Origin: Rhynchobatus australiae
Taxonomy: Eukaryota
NCBI GenBank assembly: GCA_034780895.1
Contig: JAUZTB010000063.1
Coordinates: forward strand, 29,042,140 to 29,106,139
Direction of reading: 5' to 3'
Length of the DNA stretch: 64,000 nt
Of this stretch, positions 1 through 13,187 are shown one piece after another. The notes beneath the pieces were generated by a model that was given only the letters and a program-made list of their open reading frames with translations, was not told the DNA's origin and did no database searches. A program made the translations under genes and the position numbers. Every line of letters begins with the position of its first letter. The first letter of the stretch is position 1.

Positions 1-960
1 AAGGTCCCACCCCAGTGACAGCCAAGAATGGAGGTTAACTTTTTATGGACAGAGAGGAAGTCAACACTTACTGGAAGGAACATTTCAAAGACATCGTCAA
101 ATGCTACTCTGCCCTTGACATGTGCACTTCAGCTTCACCTCACAGCTGCCTATTTGTTCCAGCCTTGCTGCCACTCCCCGGACCAACAAGCCACAGTTCA
201 ACTGAAGAAACAAGACCTTGGAAACTTGGTGGAGAAAAGCTTCAATCACAAATCCAGTCTCATCGCCCACATCAGGCAAGAGGAAGATATACCAGGAGAC
301 CTCGGAGATGCCGTAATTGTGCCCACCTTCAAAAAAAAGACCAGTCTGACTGTGACAACTGCAAAAGGGTCTCCCTACTGTCCAAGGTCCTTCTCAACTG
401 CATCCTACCAGTGGCTGAAGAGCTGATCCCCGAATCACAGTGTTTATTCCATCATCAGAAGGGCTATAGAAATGATCATCATTGCATGATAACTTCAGGA
501 GATATGCAGGAAACAGCACCAACACTATTTCTGGCTTTATGCAAACTCGCTAAAGACTTTAACACTATTGACCAAAGGATCTACTGTGCAGCATTCTCCT
601 GATATTCAGCCACCTACAGGAATTTGTCTTCATCTTATGTTTGCTTCATGAACCTCTGGGTCAACAATAGAGCCACTGAAGGAAGGTGTCAAATGAAGCT
701 GTGTAATTTTTCAATCTTTCTCAACTCAATGCTGCATCATATTTCCAACAATTTTGTTACAGACAAACTAAGCTTCAGAATTATTGGGATACTATTCAAC
801 CCACAGTGATTATATGTAGAGGCAAGGAAACCCAATCTTAATAGGTGAGCTGCAGTATGCAGACCATGCACGTGTGTGCCAAGGCTGGGCTCCAAGCCAT
901 TGTCAACTCCTTCACTGAAGAATGGGAGAATGGGTCCTACATGCAGCATCTGCAAGACAG
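1..960 (+). mobile_element. Degraded RTE-clade LINE ORF2 (pre-RT/RT) fragment
   Basis: Frameshifted peptides DLGDAVIVPTFKKK / DCDNCKRVSLLS..VAEELIPESQC / LAKDFNTID resemble RTE reverse transcriptase motifs. Confidence 0.6.
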
Positions 961-974
961 GGTTCCTCTACACA

Positions 975-1140
975 GAACATAGAACAGTACAGCACAGGAA
1001 CAGGCCCTTCAGTTGAGTCTGATGCCAATCTAAGCTAATCCTGCACGATCCATATTCCTCTATTGCCTGTCTGTTCACGTGTCTGTCTAAATGTCTCTTA
1101 AATTTTGCAAAGGTATTTACTTCTACCACCAGCCCTGGCA
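975..1140 (-). mobile_element. CR1-type LINE/SINE 3' tail fragment
   Basis: Signature catagaacagtacagcacaggaacaggccctt; related tails occur near 13190 and 42950. Confidence 0.55.
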
Positions 1141-1346
1141 GCTTGTCACCAAACTCCGAGACCTGGGACTCAACACCTCCCTCTGTAACTGGATCCTTGA
1201 CTTTTTAACAAACAGACCGCAATCAGTGAGGATAGGCAGTCTTACCTCCAGCACGATTATTCTCAACAGTGGTGCCCCACAAGGCTGCATCCTCAGCCCT
1301 CTACTCTACTCCCTCTACACTCATGACTGTGTGGCCAGATTCTGCT
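1141..1346 (+). mobile_element. Rex1/Babar-type LINE reverse transcriptase fragment, running into a gap
   Basis: Intact peptide [52 protein letters not shown], with the RT PQG motif. Confidence 0.8.
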
Positions 1347-2145
1347 NNNNNNNNNNNNNNNNNNNNNNNNNNNNNNNNNNNNNNNNNNNNNNNNNNNNNN
1401 NNNNNNNNNNNNNNNNNNNNNNNNNNNNNNNNNNNNNNNNNNNNNNNNNNNNNNNNNNNNNNNNNNNNNNNNNNNNNNNNNNNNNNNNNNNNNNNNNNNN
1501 NNNNNNNNNNNNNNNNNNNNNNNNNNNNNNNNNNNNNNNNNNNNNNNNNNNNNNNNNNNNNNNNNNNNNNNNNNNNNNNNNNNNNNNNNNNNNNNNNNNN
1601 NNNNNNNNNNNNNNNNNNNNNNNNNNNNNNNNNNNNNNNNNNNNNNNNNNNNNNNNNNNNNNNNNNNNNNNNNNNNNNNNNNNNNNNNNNNNNNNNNNNN
1701 NNNNNNNNNNNNNNNNNNNNNNNNNNNNNNNNNNNNNNNNNNNNNNNNNNNNNNNNNNNNNNNNNNNNNNNNNNNNNNNNNNNNNNNNNNNNNNNNNNNN
1801 NNNNNNNNNNNNNNNNNNNNNNNNNNNNNNNNNNNNNNNNNNNNNNNNNNNNNNNNNNNNNNNNNNNNNNNNNNNNNNNNNNNNNNNNNNNNNNNNNNNN
1901 NNNNNNNNNNNNNNNNNNNNNNNNNNNNNNNNNNNNNNNNNNNNNNNNNNNNNNNNNNNNNNNNNNNNNNNNNNNNNNNNNNNNNNNNNNNNNNNNNNNN
2001 NNNNNNNNNNNNNNNNNNNNNNNNNNNNNNNNNNNNNNNNNNNNNNNNNNNNNNNNNNNNNNNNNNNNNNNNNNNNNNNNNNNNNNNNNNNNNNNNNNNN
2101 NNNNNNNNNNNNNNNNNNNNNNNNNNNNNNNNNNNNNNNNNNNNN
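1347..2145. other. Assembly gap, the largest in the window (others at ~6165, 29123, 31161, 41338, 42690, 45952, 49010, 52675, 59116, 60292 and shorter runs)
   Basis: Runs of n. Confidence 0.99.
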
Positions 2146-3124
2146 CTGACACTTTGACAAACCCTAAACCTAAACACAATTCAAGGCAATAGAAAGATAC
2201 CACCAGTGCTGTCTCTGTAAAATGGTCCATGGTAGGTTAAACAAACCAACATCAGCATCCTCTCCCAGGTCCACATCCACCTCAGTGAGAATCTAATTAC
2301 ACTCAACTACACTCATGAGACAAACACCCTTTTTTGAGCTCTGTCATAGGGAAAGATTAGAGCTAAAAATGTGCTCAAAGACTCCATGAAAAAAATAGAA
2401 CAGTTCAACCAAATCCTGGGAATTCCTAGCCTATGACAGCTCAAAATGGAGAATTGACTGTGTGTTTAGGGACGTGTTACCCAATCTGCGAACGAGTCGA
2501 CAGTTCCAACATTGACCTCATCAGTGCTTCTGAATCCGCAGAACCAACATGGAAGCAAGTTATCAGTGATCCTGAGATACTGCCTCAGAATTTACAAGTG
2601 CGCATGCACTGTAATATTATTGTTACTGTCTCTTTCTAATTCATGTACGTTTACATAAATAAGCTTTTTTTCCACTTTTGTAATGCAAAACTATTATATT
2701 TTCTCTATCCTTCACAGAGGAATAAGCATCCTTCCACATGTGAAATTAAATGCCAGTCAAATTCAGTTGCCCTTCATCAATGTACAAAACAAAAAGGATC
2801 ATTTGCATCAATGTAATTTTTCCTGTGTCAATGCTTAACTCCTTATTCGTGCATATGCAAATGATGTCAACAAAATAGTGAATTGCTTGTATTAAAATCT
2901 ATGAACAAATGTTGAAATACTTCACCAATGCGTTGGGTCAAGGCAATAAACCACTTTTTTTTTAAAAAAAGACTGCATCACACTCAAGTTACAATCAGGT
3001 GCTGTACTTCCCTTCTGAACTATAGCCTGAGCCAGATTTGTCTTGTGTAAAAAGCAGATCCATTATTTTTTAAACACGATGACAGATATTTTGTTCACAC
3101 TTTAGAAGAAAAATAAACACCAAC

Positions 3125-3250
3125 CTTGGCACTTTTATCAGCAGAAGCAGAAACAACTTTATTGCCATCAGGTGATGCATCACACGATAGAACTGCTCCA
3201 TCATGACAATGAAAGTCCTTCAGCAACTCGCCAGTAACGAAATTCCACAC
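3125..3250 (-). CDS. APAF1: APAF1 coding exon (~exon 24), WD40
   Basis: 126 bp, cttag acceptor and AAG|gttggt donor. Encodes VWNFVTGELLKDFHCHDGAVLSCDASPDGNKVVSASADKSAK. Confidence 0.95.
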
Positions 3251-6200
3251 CTAAGTTGTTAAAGCAATTTGTCAGTGAGATTTAGGGTACTTCTGAGCTA
3301 AAACTAAGTGTAATAATAATTTTACCCCAAACCTGCACAAATCAAATAATCAATATTTGTATCAGATTTGATTCATTTTTCTCCATTAATGCTTGATGGC
3401 TCAAGTTAAATTTAAGTGTGAATGAGCACAATTAAACCCTAACTTCCTCAACTCAATGAGATCCAATTATAATACTTCAAATACCCTACAACTCAATCAG
3501 TTTTAAAGAGGAAGACCAGTTCATGTTTTGCATGTACACTAGTACCCCACTCAGGGTTACCCTGCAGAGCACTGAGTCCTTCTAGAGTAGCCTTGATTCT
3601 CTACTTTAAGCACAACCACACAAGCCCCTGAACTTCAAAACATCCACTGGGAAGTGCACTGCTGTGACAGCAACAAAACGTGAACCCCTGCCTTTCTCAA
3701 TGCTGCAGCCTCACGGCAGGGAATCTGCACACAAATCCCTGTCCTCCGCCAGCAATGAACGGATTGGTGTGGAGAGGCTGGTGTCAGGTGAGTCGGGCTA
3801 GCTGTTTGGTAATTCAGCACTCAGATGTGAGGTTTGGGGCTGAAACCAGCTGAACACAAGGAAATGTGGCTGGGCTCTGACGTATGTTCCATGTGTTGAA
3901 AGACCACCCTCTCCTCTCAACACCTCTTGTGGTTATATTAGAAACTGCTGCCTCCCCCTCTCTTTGTTTGGCTGAACAGCTCTCCCCAGCCCAGAGATTC
4001 TTCTATAGTGACAAGCTCAACATTGGTGCTATAGAGAAATCTTTGGGCTGGGGAAAGCTGAGCAGCCAAGTAAAGAAAAAGGAAGACAGCAAATTGTATT
4101 ACATCCAGCAAGAGGATCTGGACAGTATCAACACATGGAGCAGCTGCAACCAGTCCCCGTCAATGGCCAGCACTCGCCATTCCAGCCAGAGTACAGCCCA
4201 GAGCCTCATATCTCATTGGCAAGCAGTGTGGCTCCTTGCACTGTTTGCCCCGGCTTTCCCAACACCAGCCTTTGTAGGAAGCCCTGGGGAGATTCATTGC
4301 TGGATTTGCTCCATGTTCCCAGCACAGCAGTGTCATCAGTAATGCAAAAGACCCCATTTAGCACTGATTCATTAGCGCTCTCATCCCTGCAAAAGGCATC
4401 CTGAGTGCTAAACAAGATATCCATGGAACACTTGTTAGAATTTATTACTTACACAATAAAGACATTGTAGTTTGCTTTAAGGAAAAAGTAATGAATTCCA
4501 CTCCTCTGAAAATATCACAAATAATAAACTGGTTGGTGCAATTCATGCATTTGTGCAAACAAGGATAATTGATGCAGGCCTAAAGCCAGATTCATTAAGA
4601 ATCTGAAACCCAATATTCTTTATCAAGTTTGGTCAGCCTGAGTTTCATTGCCCTGAGCATAATTATCTTTCTCATTTGCCAAAGTAGCATTCATAGAATT
4701 TTATTTTCCCACAGCATAGATGAGAAACAACCAGAAAATTAAAACCATATAATATTTAGTTTACATTTATACATGTGTGTGAAAACTCTCAGTGAGAAAC
4801 AAATATAGTGAAGATTCCAGAGGATGACAATTTGAATAGCATCTTCCCAATTTCCACATTTAACATTGGATGTGAAGACACTGGATATTTTTGTCTCGAT
4901 TTATTCATTAAGAATGGTGAATGCTGACAGCCACGCATAACTCAAAATCTCAGCATGAACTTACAGAACTTACCTGAAAACTACCCACTAAACCTGTCAG
5001 AAAAGGTTAGAAATTGTTCGTTTTCAAATATATTTCAACGTTTTACTGTGTGATATCTTCATTGTTATCAAACAATGCCCCTGGCACTAGAAAATTACTT
5101 TTACGCATATGGAGTCCCATTCCATCAAATTGTAATTATTGTTAGTGATAAAGAAACAAAAGATTTCTTTTATGTTTTTTCCCCAGTCACTTTTTTCTCT
5201 CTCTCAAGCCCATCTTTCTTTCCAATTTGCATTCAGTGCATGGTGTTACATTGACTTAGCCAATCCAACTTACACATCCCAGTTATCTTTGCACATCCTT
5301 CAAATTGACTGCTGAAGGAAACACACAATCCCCTGTGCTGTTTGCACTGGTCCTAGATCTCCTCTGAAGGGCATTATCCACAGGCTTTTTGTTGTAAATT
5401 TCACTGCAACAATCCATAGCAGATCCATATGCATGCATCTATAAGAATTGGCAGGCTCTATTTGTTTCCCGCAAACTCCAAAATCTGGTCCAATCTATAC
5501 TGGATGTTTAAAACAAAAAATCCGTGGCAGCGTGCCATCCATCCTCAGCTCCCCTCCCAAACGTGGTTTCTATGTTTCTGAGGTAGAAAGATGGCATATT
5601 GTCATCCAGCTTCAATTATTATTTGTGCTTTGAATTAGCAAACCTCACCAATATCATTCCTATTTGTATGGTAATCTACCAATTGGAATTCTGGACACCA
5701 CTTCCACTTTAGTTATCTATTTCACTTTTCAAATTGATGAACACAAGACAGACATTGTTGAGGTGCATATTTCAGAGCCTATGCATTATTTCTTTCATTA
5801 AAGAAAACTGATTCATGAAATTATCCTTAAAAGTCTTGATTCTAATGTACATAATTTTGGGCAGAGTTTTGCTATATATCAAATTACTTATACTTTATGT
5901 CAATGTTATCAGAATAATGCTAAACATTCAATATTTTTCATCTGGAATTTGAAAGTAATTTCTTTACATCCTTATTCTAGGATGGTATTTTTGATAGCTG
6001 AGCACAATCTTTGACCAGATATCACAGGTCCCGAATACAAGAATAATAAGCATATCAGAATACAGCTGTTAATTACAACTTCTTGCCATTATATATTACA
6101 CATTCTTTGCTTGATCTAATATTTATAGTTATGTATTCATGAAACAAATGTGAAGCAAAGGAAANNNNNNNNNNNNNNNNNNNNNNNNNNNNNNNNNNNN

Positions 6201-7789
6201 NNNNNNNNNNNNNNNNNNNNNNNNNNNNNNNNNNNNNNNNNNNNNNNNNNNNNNNNNNNNNNNNATGTGAAGCAAAGGAAATTAAATTACAACAATAAAA
6301 TCATTAAGGCTGAGAACATTCTTGATGTTATCCCAGCTGAGCCAAATACAGACATGAGAGTTTCACATGTCATTCTGATTGGCATTTCAGTACAAAAAGA
6401 TCTACTTATCACTTCTCCTCTGATCCCTATAGACGACCCACGCAATCATCTATATCAGATAGTAACAAAACAGCTTTTCTCCCAGGCCTTTGCCACTACT
6501 GCTTTTGACTGTCTCTATTGCCTTTGCTGTTCCAGGTCCCCAAAATACAGAATCAGAATTCAATAATCAAATAAATAATAATGTCCCAATGCCACACGGA
6601 GTCAGCAATCAGAGCTCAAAATTTACCAAAAGCAGAAAGATTAGAGGGACACTTTCTTTTCCTCTCTGCTGAAAGACAGAGATCAAGATGCCCTAGACTG
6701 CACAACAAATAAAGGAATTGCACCATTTTCTGACAAGGTATTAAGAAAGTAATATCTGCCTTCAAATACGATTCAACAAACTGTCAGAATTTTACCATTT
6801 GGACAAGGTAATTTCTTAGAAATGTAATTAACTGCAAGAGATATATATGTGCAAAGCTTTCAGGAACAATTCTTATTACCATAAAAACAGCAGTAATTCA
6901 CAGAAGGATGTGCAGAGGGGGAGAAATGAAGGTGGGTAACAAGTGCAGAAGCCCCGCTGAAAAACCACTTATATGTCCTTCTCAATGCCATCACATTTAA
7001 ATTGCTGCACTGTCCACACATTTATACGAATACTACGAACAAGTTTGTAGAAACAGAAATAGAGAAGTGTCATTTAGTAAAACAACAAATTAGGTTGAAT
7101 CAAGATATTTACTTTGGAGAGTAAAACACTAGGGTACAGAGCTTATAGGGACTACAAAGAAAATGGAGGACATAAAATTTGGATAAAATTGAACAGCACG
7201 TCATTATAGGGAAAGTAATGCATGCTATTGTTAGCATTAGTGGATATTATTGTTGGAAGATAGTCACAGAAATGCATTTTGTAGATCAAGGTGGTCCGCA
7301 TAAAGGATTATTAATTGTGAATGACTGAGGGCTCTTGCAATAAATCAGATACAAAGAAAGTGGAACTGCAGCAGAAGAGAAACAGAAAATGGAGGTTCAA
7401 CAGCTGCTGTGAAATTGCTTTCTTTCTCATTTTGCTGAGCAGTTTATCTTCAGCAGTTGTCCTATTACATTTGACACGATAGGGGAGTAGTTTAGATTTA
7501 GTGATTATATCTCGAGAATGGAACACTTATGGAGGAAAGCAACAAAAAACAGAAACACAAAAATATTGTTGCTTCAGGCAAACTTGGTGGGTTGGAAAAT
7601 ACGGCACAGAATTTACTGAAAATATGGCACAGAATTTACCTGAATGCCAACTCCTCTTGCCCCTCCAACTTCCCAATACCCAGAAACTTGAAAAACAGAA
7701 CACTAGGGCAAGTAGCATTTGTGGAGACAAAAGGTGTAAATCGACATTTGGGTCAAGACTGCATGAGGACTGAGAGGGAACAGGAAAGA

Positions 7790-9240
7790 TTGCAAGTACA
7801 TAGCAGTGTGTTAGGGGGATGGGGTGGGAGGAGAGGGATGACCATCCAAGGGGGCATCACAAAGAAGGAGGAGTAGAGGAGAAGATGTGACTGGTGGTTG
7901 GATCATGTTGGAGCTGGCAGAAATAGTGGAGGATGGTGTATTGGATGTACAAGCTGACGGGGTGATAGGTAAGGGCCAAGGGAACTCTACCACTGTTCTA
8001 CCTGGGGAGAGAGGGGAGTCAGGGTAGACACGTGGGAAATGGAGGAAATCCACAGGAGGGCTCCATCAACTACGGCAGAGAGGAGCTACACTTCTAAAGG
8101 AAGAAAGGACATTCTAGAAACTCTGGAGCAGAAAGCCTCATCTTGAGGACAGATGTGGCAGAGATGGAGAGCTTGAGAAAATGGGATGGCATTCTTACAT
8201 GAGGATTACAAGTGCAGGAGGCAACGCTGATGTCGTCATCTATGAAACAGAGAAAAAAGGATGGTGGAGGGTTGCAGCAGTGCTTGGTGTGCCGGGATAG
8301 GCTTGGAACAAGGAATTTTCCATGTGGCCAACAAAAGGCAGGAGTAACCAGGGCCCATTGCTACTCTTTTGATCTGTAGAAAGTGGGAGGAACTGGAATA
8401 GTTGTTGTTGAGGGCAAGGAGTTGTTCTGCCAAACAGAGTGATATTGGAGGGGAACTTGTTTGGTCTTTGTTCGAGAAAGAAATGGAGGGTCCCAAGACA
8501 TCCATGCTGGGTGAGTAGAGGTGCTCTGGATGTAAGTGGGGAGGGAGTGGACAAGGGGAGATAGGATGGAGTCCATGTATGAAGAAATGAATTCAGTGGG
8601 GCAAGAGGAGGCAGAAAAAAATGGGCTTACCAGGGCAGTCCTGTTTATGGATCTTAAGCAAGAGATAGAAGCAGGTTGTATGGGTTTGGGGCATTAGGAG
8701 GTTGTGATCACCTGAAGCGATGAGATCTGTAATGGTCTGGGAGATGGTGGCCTGGTGTGGGTTAGTAGGGTCACGATCCAGAGGGAGGTATGAGGAGGTG
8801 TCAGAAAGCTGGCGTCTGGCTTCTGCAAACTAGAGATCAGTGTACCAGACTACAATGGCACCACCCTCGTCAGCGGATTTGATGACAAGGTTGGGATTAG
8901 TCGGAAGCAAGCAGAGTGCTGCACGCTTGGAGGGGTTGAGGGTGGAGCTGGTGTGGGGAACGGAAAAGTCAAGGCAGTCAGTGTCATGTCAGCAAGTGGA
9001 ACCGAAAAGGTCAAGAGAAGATAAAAGGCCAGAAAGCAGAGTCCAAGTGGAAAGGGAGTGCTGGAAATGGGAGAAGAGGTTGTCAGTGGGGAGTCAGGAT
9101 TCTTTGCCGAAGTAATAGGAATGAGGCAGAGGAAGCAGAGGTCAACATGGTGTCCATCCTGGAACTCAAGGTGCAAGTTAGGGGCACAAAGGTAAGACCT
9201 CTGCTGAGGACTAACTGCTCAGCATTGGAGAGGAGCAGGT
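7790..9240 (-). mobile_element. Degraded Penelope-like element (PLE) reverse transcriptase region
   Basis: Minus-strand peptides DSILSPLVHSLPTYIQST and SLCLAEQLLALNNNYSSSSHFLQIKRVAMGPGYSCL match the PLE RT motif (..FLQxxGVAMG..). Confidence 0.75.
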
Positions 9241-9763
9241 CAGGGAGAATAGTAAAACATGGCAGGAGTTAGATTCTGTAGTTTCTTTTGTCCTCATCCC
9301 CACAAGCCTGCCTTATCCAAACTGACTGATATTGCTGGCCTGAAGTTCCCTGGTGTCATCGGAAAAGCCTTCAGTGACACAGAGTCCAACAGCGTAAAGG
9401 AGGTATCGCACGAGGTCCCTAAGAACAAGCCACACTCAAGAGCGACAGAGGGCCAAGACATATCATAAAGCCAGCCCAAATTGCTGGCATCAGCCCTGAA
9501 CTTGCCTTTCATTGTTAAATCTGATTGTCCTCATAAAAGAAATAATGAGAAACATCTGGAAAAAGTGCACATTTCACATCTGATATGTGTCACTTTTACA
9601 TCCAAATTAGGGTGACATTCATGGTTATATTCAACAAAAGAGCTAAGACTTTACTACTTGCCCTTGCAGAGTTTCATAAAACTCAAATTGCACTCTTCAA
9701 AAATAACACAATGTTCCCTAAATTCAAGTTTTCACAAAATAACCCTGTAGCATTCAATAAATG

Positions 9764-10140
9764 AAAATCAAAGAAACTGCAGATGCTGGAAATCTGAAAC
9801 AAAAAACCTCAAATGCTGGAAAAACTCAGATCAGAGAACATCTGTGGAAAAAGGAACAGTCAACATTTTGGAGAACAAAGGACTGCGGATGCTGGAATCT
9901 AGATGAAAAACAGGATGATGCTGGAGGAACCCAGCAGACCAGGCAGCATCCGTGGAGAAAAGCAGGCGGTCAATGTTTCAGATCAGGACCCTTCTTCAGG
10001 ACTCAACGTTTTGGATCTGCGACCCTTCATCAGAACGTTCCGACAAAGGTCATAAAACTGAAGCTTTGACTGTTTCTTTTTCCACAGATATTGCCCCACC
10101 TGCTGATTTTTTTCTACTATTTTCTGTTTTTGTTTCTGTA
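9764..10140. mobile_element. Composite of three short PLE-associated hammerhead-bearing elements: an inverted pair plus a nested copy at 9873-10002
   Basis: Repeated actgc(a/g)gatgctgga..agcatc(t/c)gtgga..gaccctt(c/t).tcag units. Near-identical 13-mer at 9860-9872 and 10003-10015. Inverted copy at 10036-10140. Confidence 0.75.
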
Positions 10141-10801
10141 GCATCCAGGTTTAGCTGGAACATGTTTGACTTCAATTCACACAACATATTCACCTCACAT
10201 TTGTTTCCTCCAAATATCCACCATGGATTCGAAAGTGCTCCTCCTTATCTACTGATTTTTCACTCCTGGCTTTGCTTCAAATTTAACTTGTCAGGCACCT
10301 TACCACTTGAATTCTGGGAGTTTGAGTTGAGCCAAAAATGACAGGTTAAGTCTTCCCTCGCTGTGTTGCTCTGCTGACTGCACCAATGTTGCATGAAATT
10401 AATTTGGCAGCTTCCAGTGGGCCTGGGCCCAAAGGAAAATGCTTCCCCAGAATCTGACATAACGGCATGCACACAGACAGGCCACAAAACAAAATAACAC
10501 AAAGGAGCAAGAGGTTCTCTTCTGGAACATTATTAGGTCCCACTTTTACAACAAACAAGTTTTAAAGATACATATGGACATGCTGCATCTAACTTTTCAA
10601 TACAATGGCAACAAACCAAATTCAAATTTCCACACAATTATGTTAGTTTCAAATATAATCAAATTTTTACAGTAATTCAAGTTGTTTCTCCATATATGAC
10701 CTTTTTTTGTTATTGTCACACACAAAAATTGTCATACATTTTGACTTAATATTTTGAACTCTAATCAAAATAACGAACGAGCCGTCCTATGCCTTTCTTA
10801 C

Positions 10802-10921
10802 CTTCATAGTGCCATCGAAAGACCAGGATAGAAGCTGTGACCCTCTCAACAGCTTAAAGTTTTTCACTTGTTCAGTGTGTCCTTGAAGGACTTTGCATCC
10901 CTCTGTGTGCCAATTCCATAC
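10802..10921 (-). CDS. APAF1: APAF1 coding exon (~exon 23), WD40
   Basis: 120 bp, catag acceptor and AAG|gtaaga donor. Encodes VWNWHTEGCKVLQGHTEQVKNFKLLRGSQLLSWSFDGTMK. Confidence 0.96.
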
Positions 10922-11084
10922 CTATGTTTAAGACATAAGAAACATAACATGAAATTTTCAGCAAGTCTCCTGGTTAACTGTGCTGTGATCTGGTTCACAA
11001 ATGGGTTGGTTAAGAGTCCTCTTGTGACATCCAGAGAATAAAGAAAGTGCTACATAAATGCAGATTAATTCCTTCTTAATATGT

Positions 11085-12030
11085 TAAGAACCTAAGAATA
11101 CAAGAAACAGGCCAATTGGTCACTCAAACCTGTGCCACCATTCAATAAGATCATAACTGATCCAATCTTGACCTCAAAACCCCTCTTCCCTTAACTCCCT
11201 TGTAGTCTGTCTGTTAATCTCACCCTTAAATATATTCAATGCATCCACCTCCACAGATCTCTGGGGTATAAAATTCCAAGGAATCATAACCTTCTGAGAG
11301 AAATAATTCCTCCTTATGCCCGTCTGAGATGATCAACCTTTTATTCTGGAATTATGCTCCAAATTCTGGATAAACTCAGATCCGCTCCTCATCCACCCTG
11401 TCAATTCCCCACAGAATCTTATATGTTTCAATCACATCATTTCTCATTCTTCCTTACTCCAAAGAGTACAGATCCAACCTGCTCAACCTTTTTCATATAT
11501 CAGTCCCTTCATCCCAGGAATAAAACAGGTGAATCTTCTCTACACAGGTGCTCCCCCCCCCCCCCCACACACACACATTATGACTGTTTGGGTAACAGAA
11601 ATTTGCCCTTAGAGAACTTACAAATCACTACCCAAAAATTTGAAAGGTTTCATGTTATGGAAATTATAATACATACACACAGTTTTCTATGAATACAACC
11701 CCATAATGGGGGAGTCCACTGTACTGCTGCTAATGCAAGTATGTTTCTTAAATAAGGACACCAAAACGGTGTGCAGTACACCAGGAGCAGTGTCACCAGC
11801 ATCCTGTAAAGTTGCATCAAAATTTCTATTCTTGCAAACTTCATACCCTTTTCAACAAAGGACATTCCACTAGCTTCCATAATTACTCGGTGTACCTGCT
11901 TACTAACTCCTTGTGCTTCTCTATGTACTACATTTTATAGCCTTACACAATTTAAATAATTTTCTTTTTCATTCTTTCTTCCAAAAGGTATAACCTCACA
12001 TTTTCCCACATTATACTCCATTGTGTCAAT
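11085..12030 (-). mobile_element. Degraded CR1-type LINE 3' portion
   Basis: Typical 3' tail plus minus-strand peptide ILMQLYRMLVTLLLVYCTPFWCPYLRNI (cf. LYRxLVRPHLEYCxQFWSP). Confidence 0.6.
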
Positions 12031-13187
12031 ATTTTGCCTACTTAATTAACCTATAATAGATTCAGACAATTTTCATTTATGAAAAAAGATTTACACTTTA
12101 AACTCATAATTACTTTCAAAAGTCTACCTGATTACCTAATTGACAATGTGTGAAATTGTTTTGAATTAATTTTGATAAAGACTGTTTACACTTAAAATGC
12201 AATAAAAAAACAAATTCTACATTTTTAAGAAGGGAATTAATCCAGTATTTGTACACAAACATAGTATAACCTTCAGTTTCTTGGCACACACCTTCAAATG
12301 CCTCATGCTAACTTCTGATGCTGGAACTAGTTTTGTCCAAAATTATTAAAAGTATAATATGTTTTCCACAGCCAAACTGGAGTTATAAATATAAATTTAC
12401 AATGGAATGTAAACTACATATACACCAAATGACAATGGAAACAAATAAAAACTGTTCATAACAATGCAGTGGTTTATTTTAAATTTAGTTTTCATAAATC
12501 TGTAACTCAGATCTATAATTCAGAGTCAGCAGTCAGATTCACATGGGCCACAATCTGCTGAGTGCCTCAATTCCCCTTTTTTTTGGCACACATGTATGCT
12601 GCTCATTTTAGACACAGGGTATATAAGCACAGGGAAATCTCACACATGGTAAGCCAGCTGTTGCTGAAGTGTATATAGAGAGAAATATGCTGGCTTAAAA
12701 GAGATACAGTTGGCACTGCCAAGTTACTCAGCTAGGCATCCAAATCGACAGCACCGTGAAGTGATGTAGGCTGAACTTGCCCAGATGTTAATTCAAAAAA
12801 GTTCCCAGTTATAAACAGCAGTTGGACACTGGAATGAATCAGGGCTCCATCTGTTAGTATAAATTATGCTTCTGTATCCTGAGGCATAGAATAACAAAAG
12901 CAAAGAGTAATGCTGAGCTTGCATAAAATCTTAGCTTGATCAGTTAGGCACAACATTGTGGGCTGAAAGGTCCGTTCCTGTGCTGTACTGTTCTAATTTC
13001 CACATACTTGGAATATTGTGCAGTTTTGGGATCCTTGTTAGGAGGGGGAATGTCACAGCAATACATAAAGCATACAGCACCTGGACTACAATGTTACGAG
13101 ATATGAGGTCTTCTCACTAAGTAATGAAGAAATTAGGGGTGTTTTCTGCCAGACCCAAGAAAATTGATGGTGACCTGACATGGCTGA

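Noticed and set aside
1091-2230. Long ORFs (279-352 aa) in the ORF track, and similar ones at 28920-29385, 45853-46213, 52621-53378 and 59015-59391
   Set aside because: They are artefacts of translating through N runs.
6148-6282. atgtgaagcaaaggaaa repeated across a 100-N gap
   Set aside because: Scaffolding overlap artefact.
11553-11577. Poly-C/(CA)n tract, and similar short tracts at ~26207 and ~37692
   Set aside because: Ordinary short low-complexity sequence.
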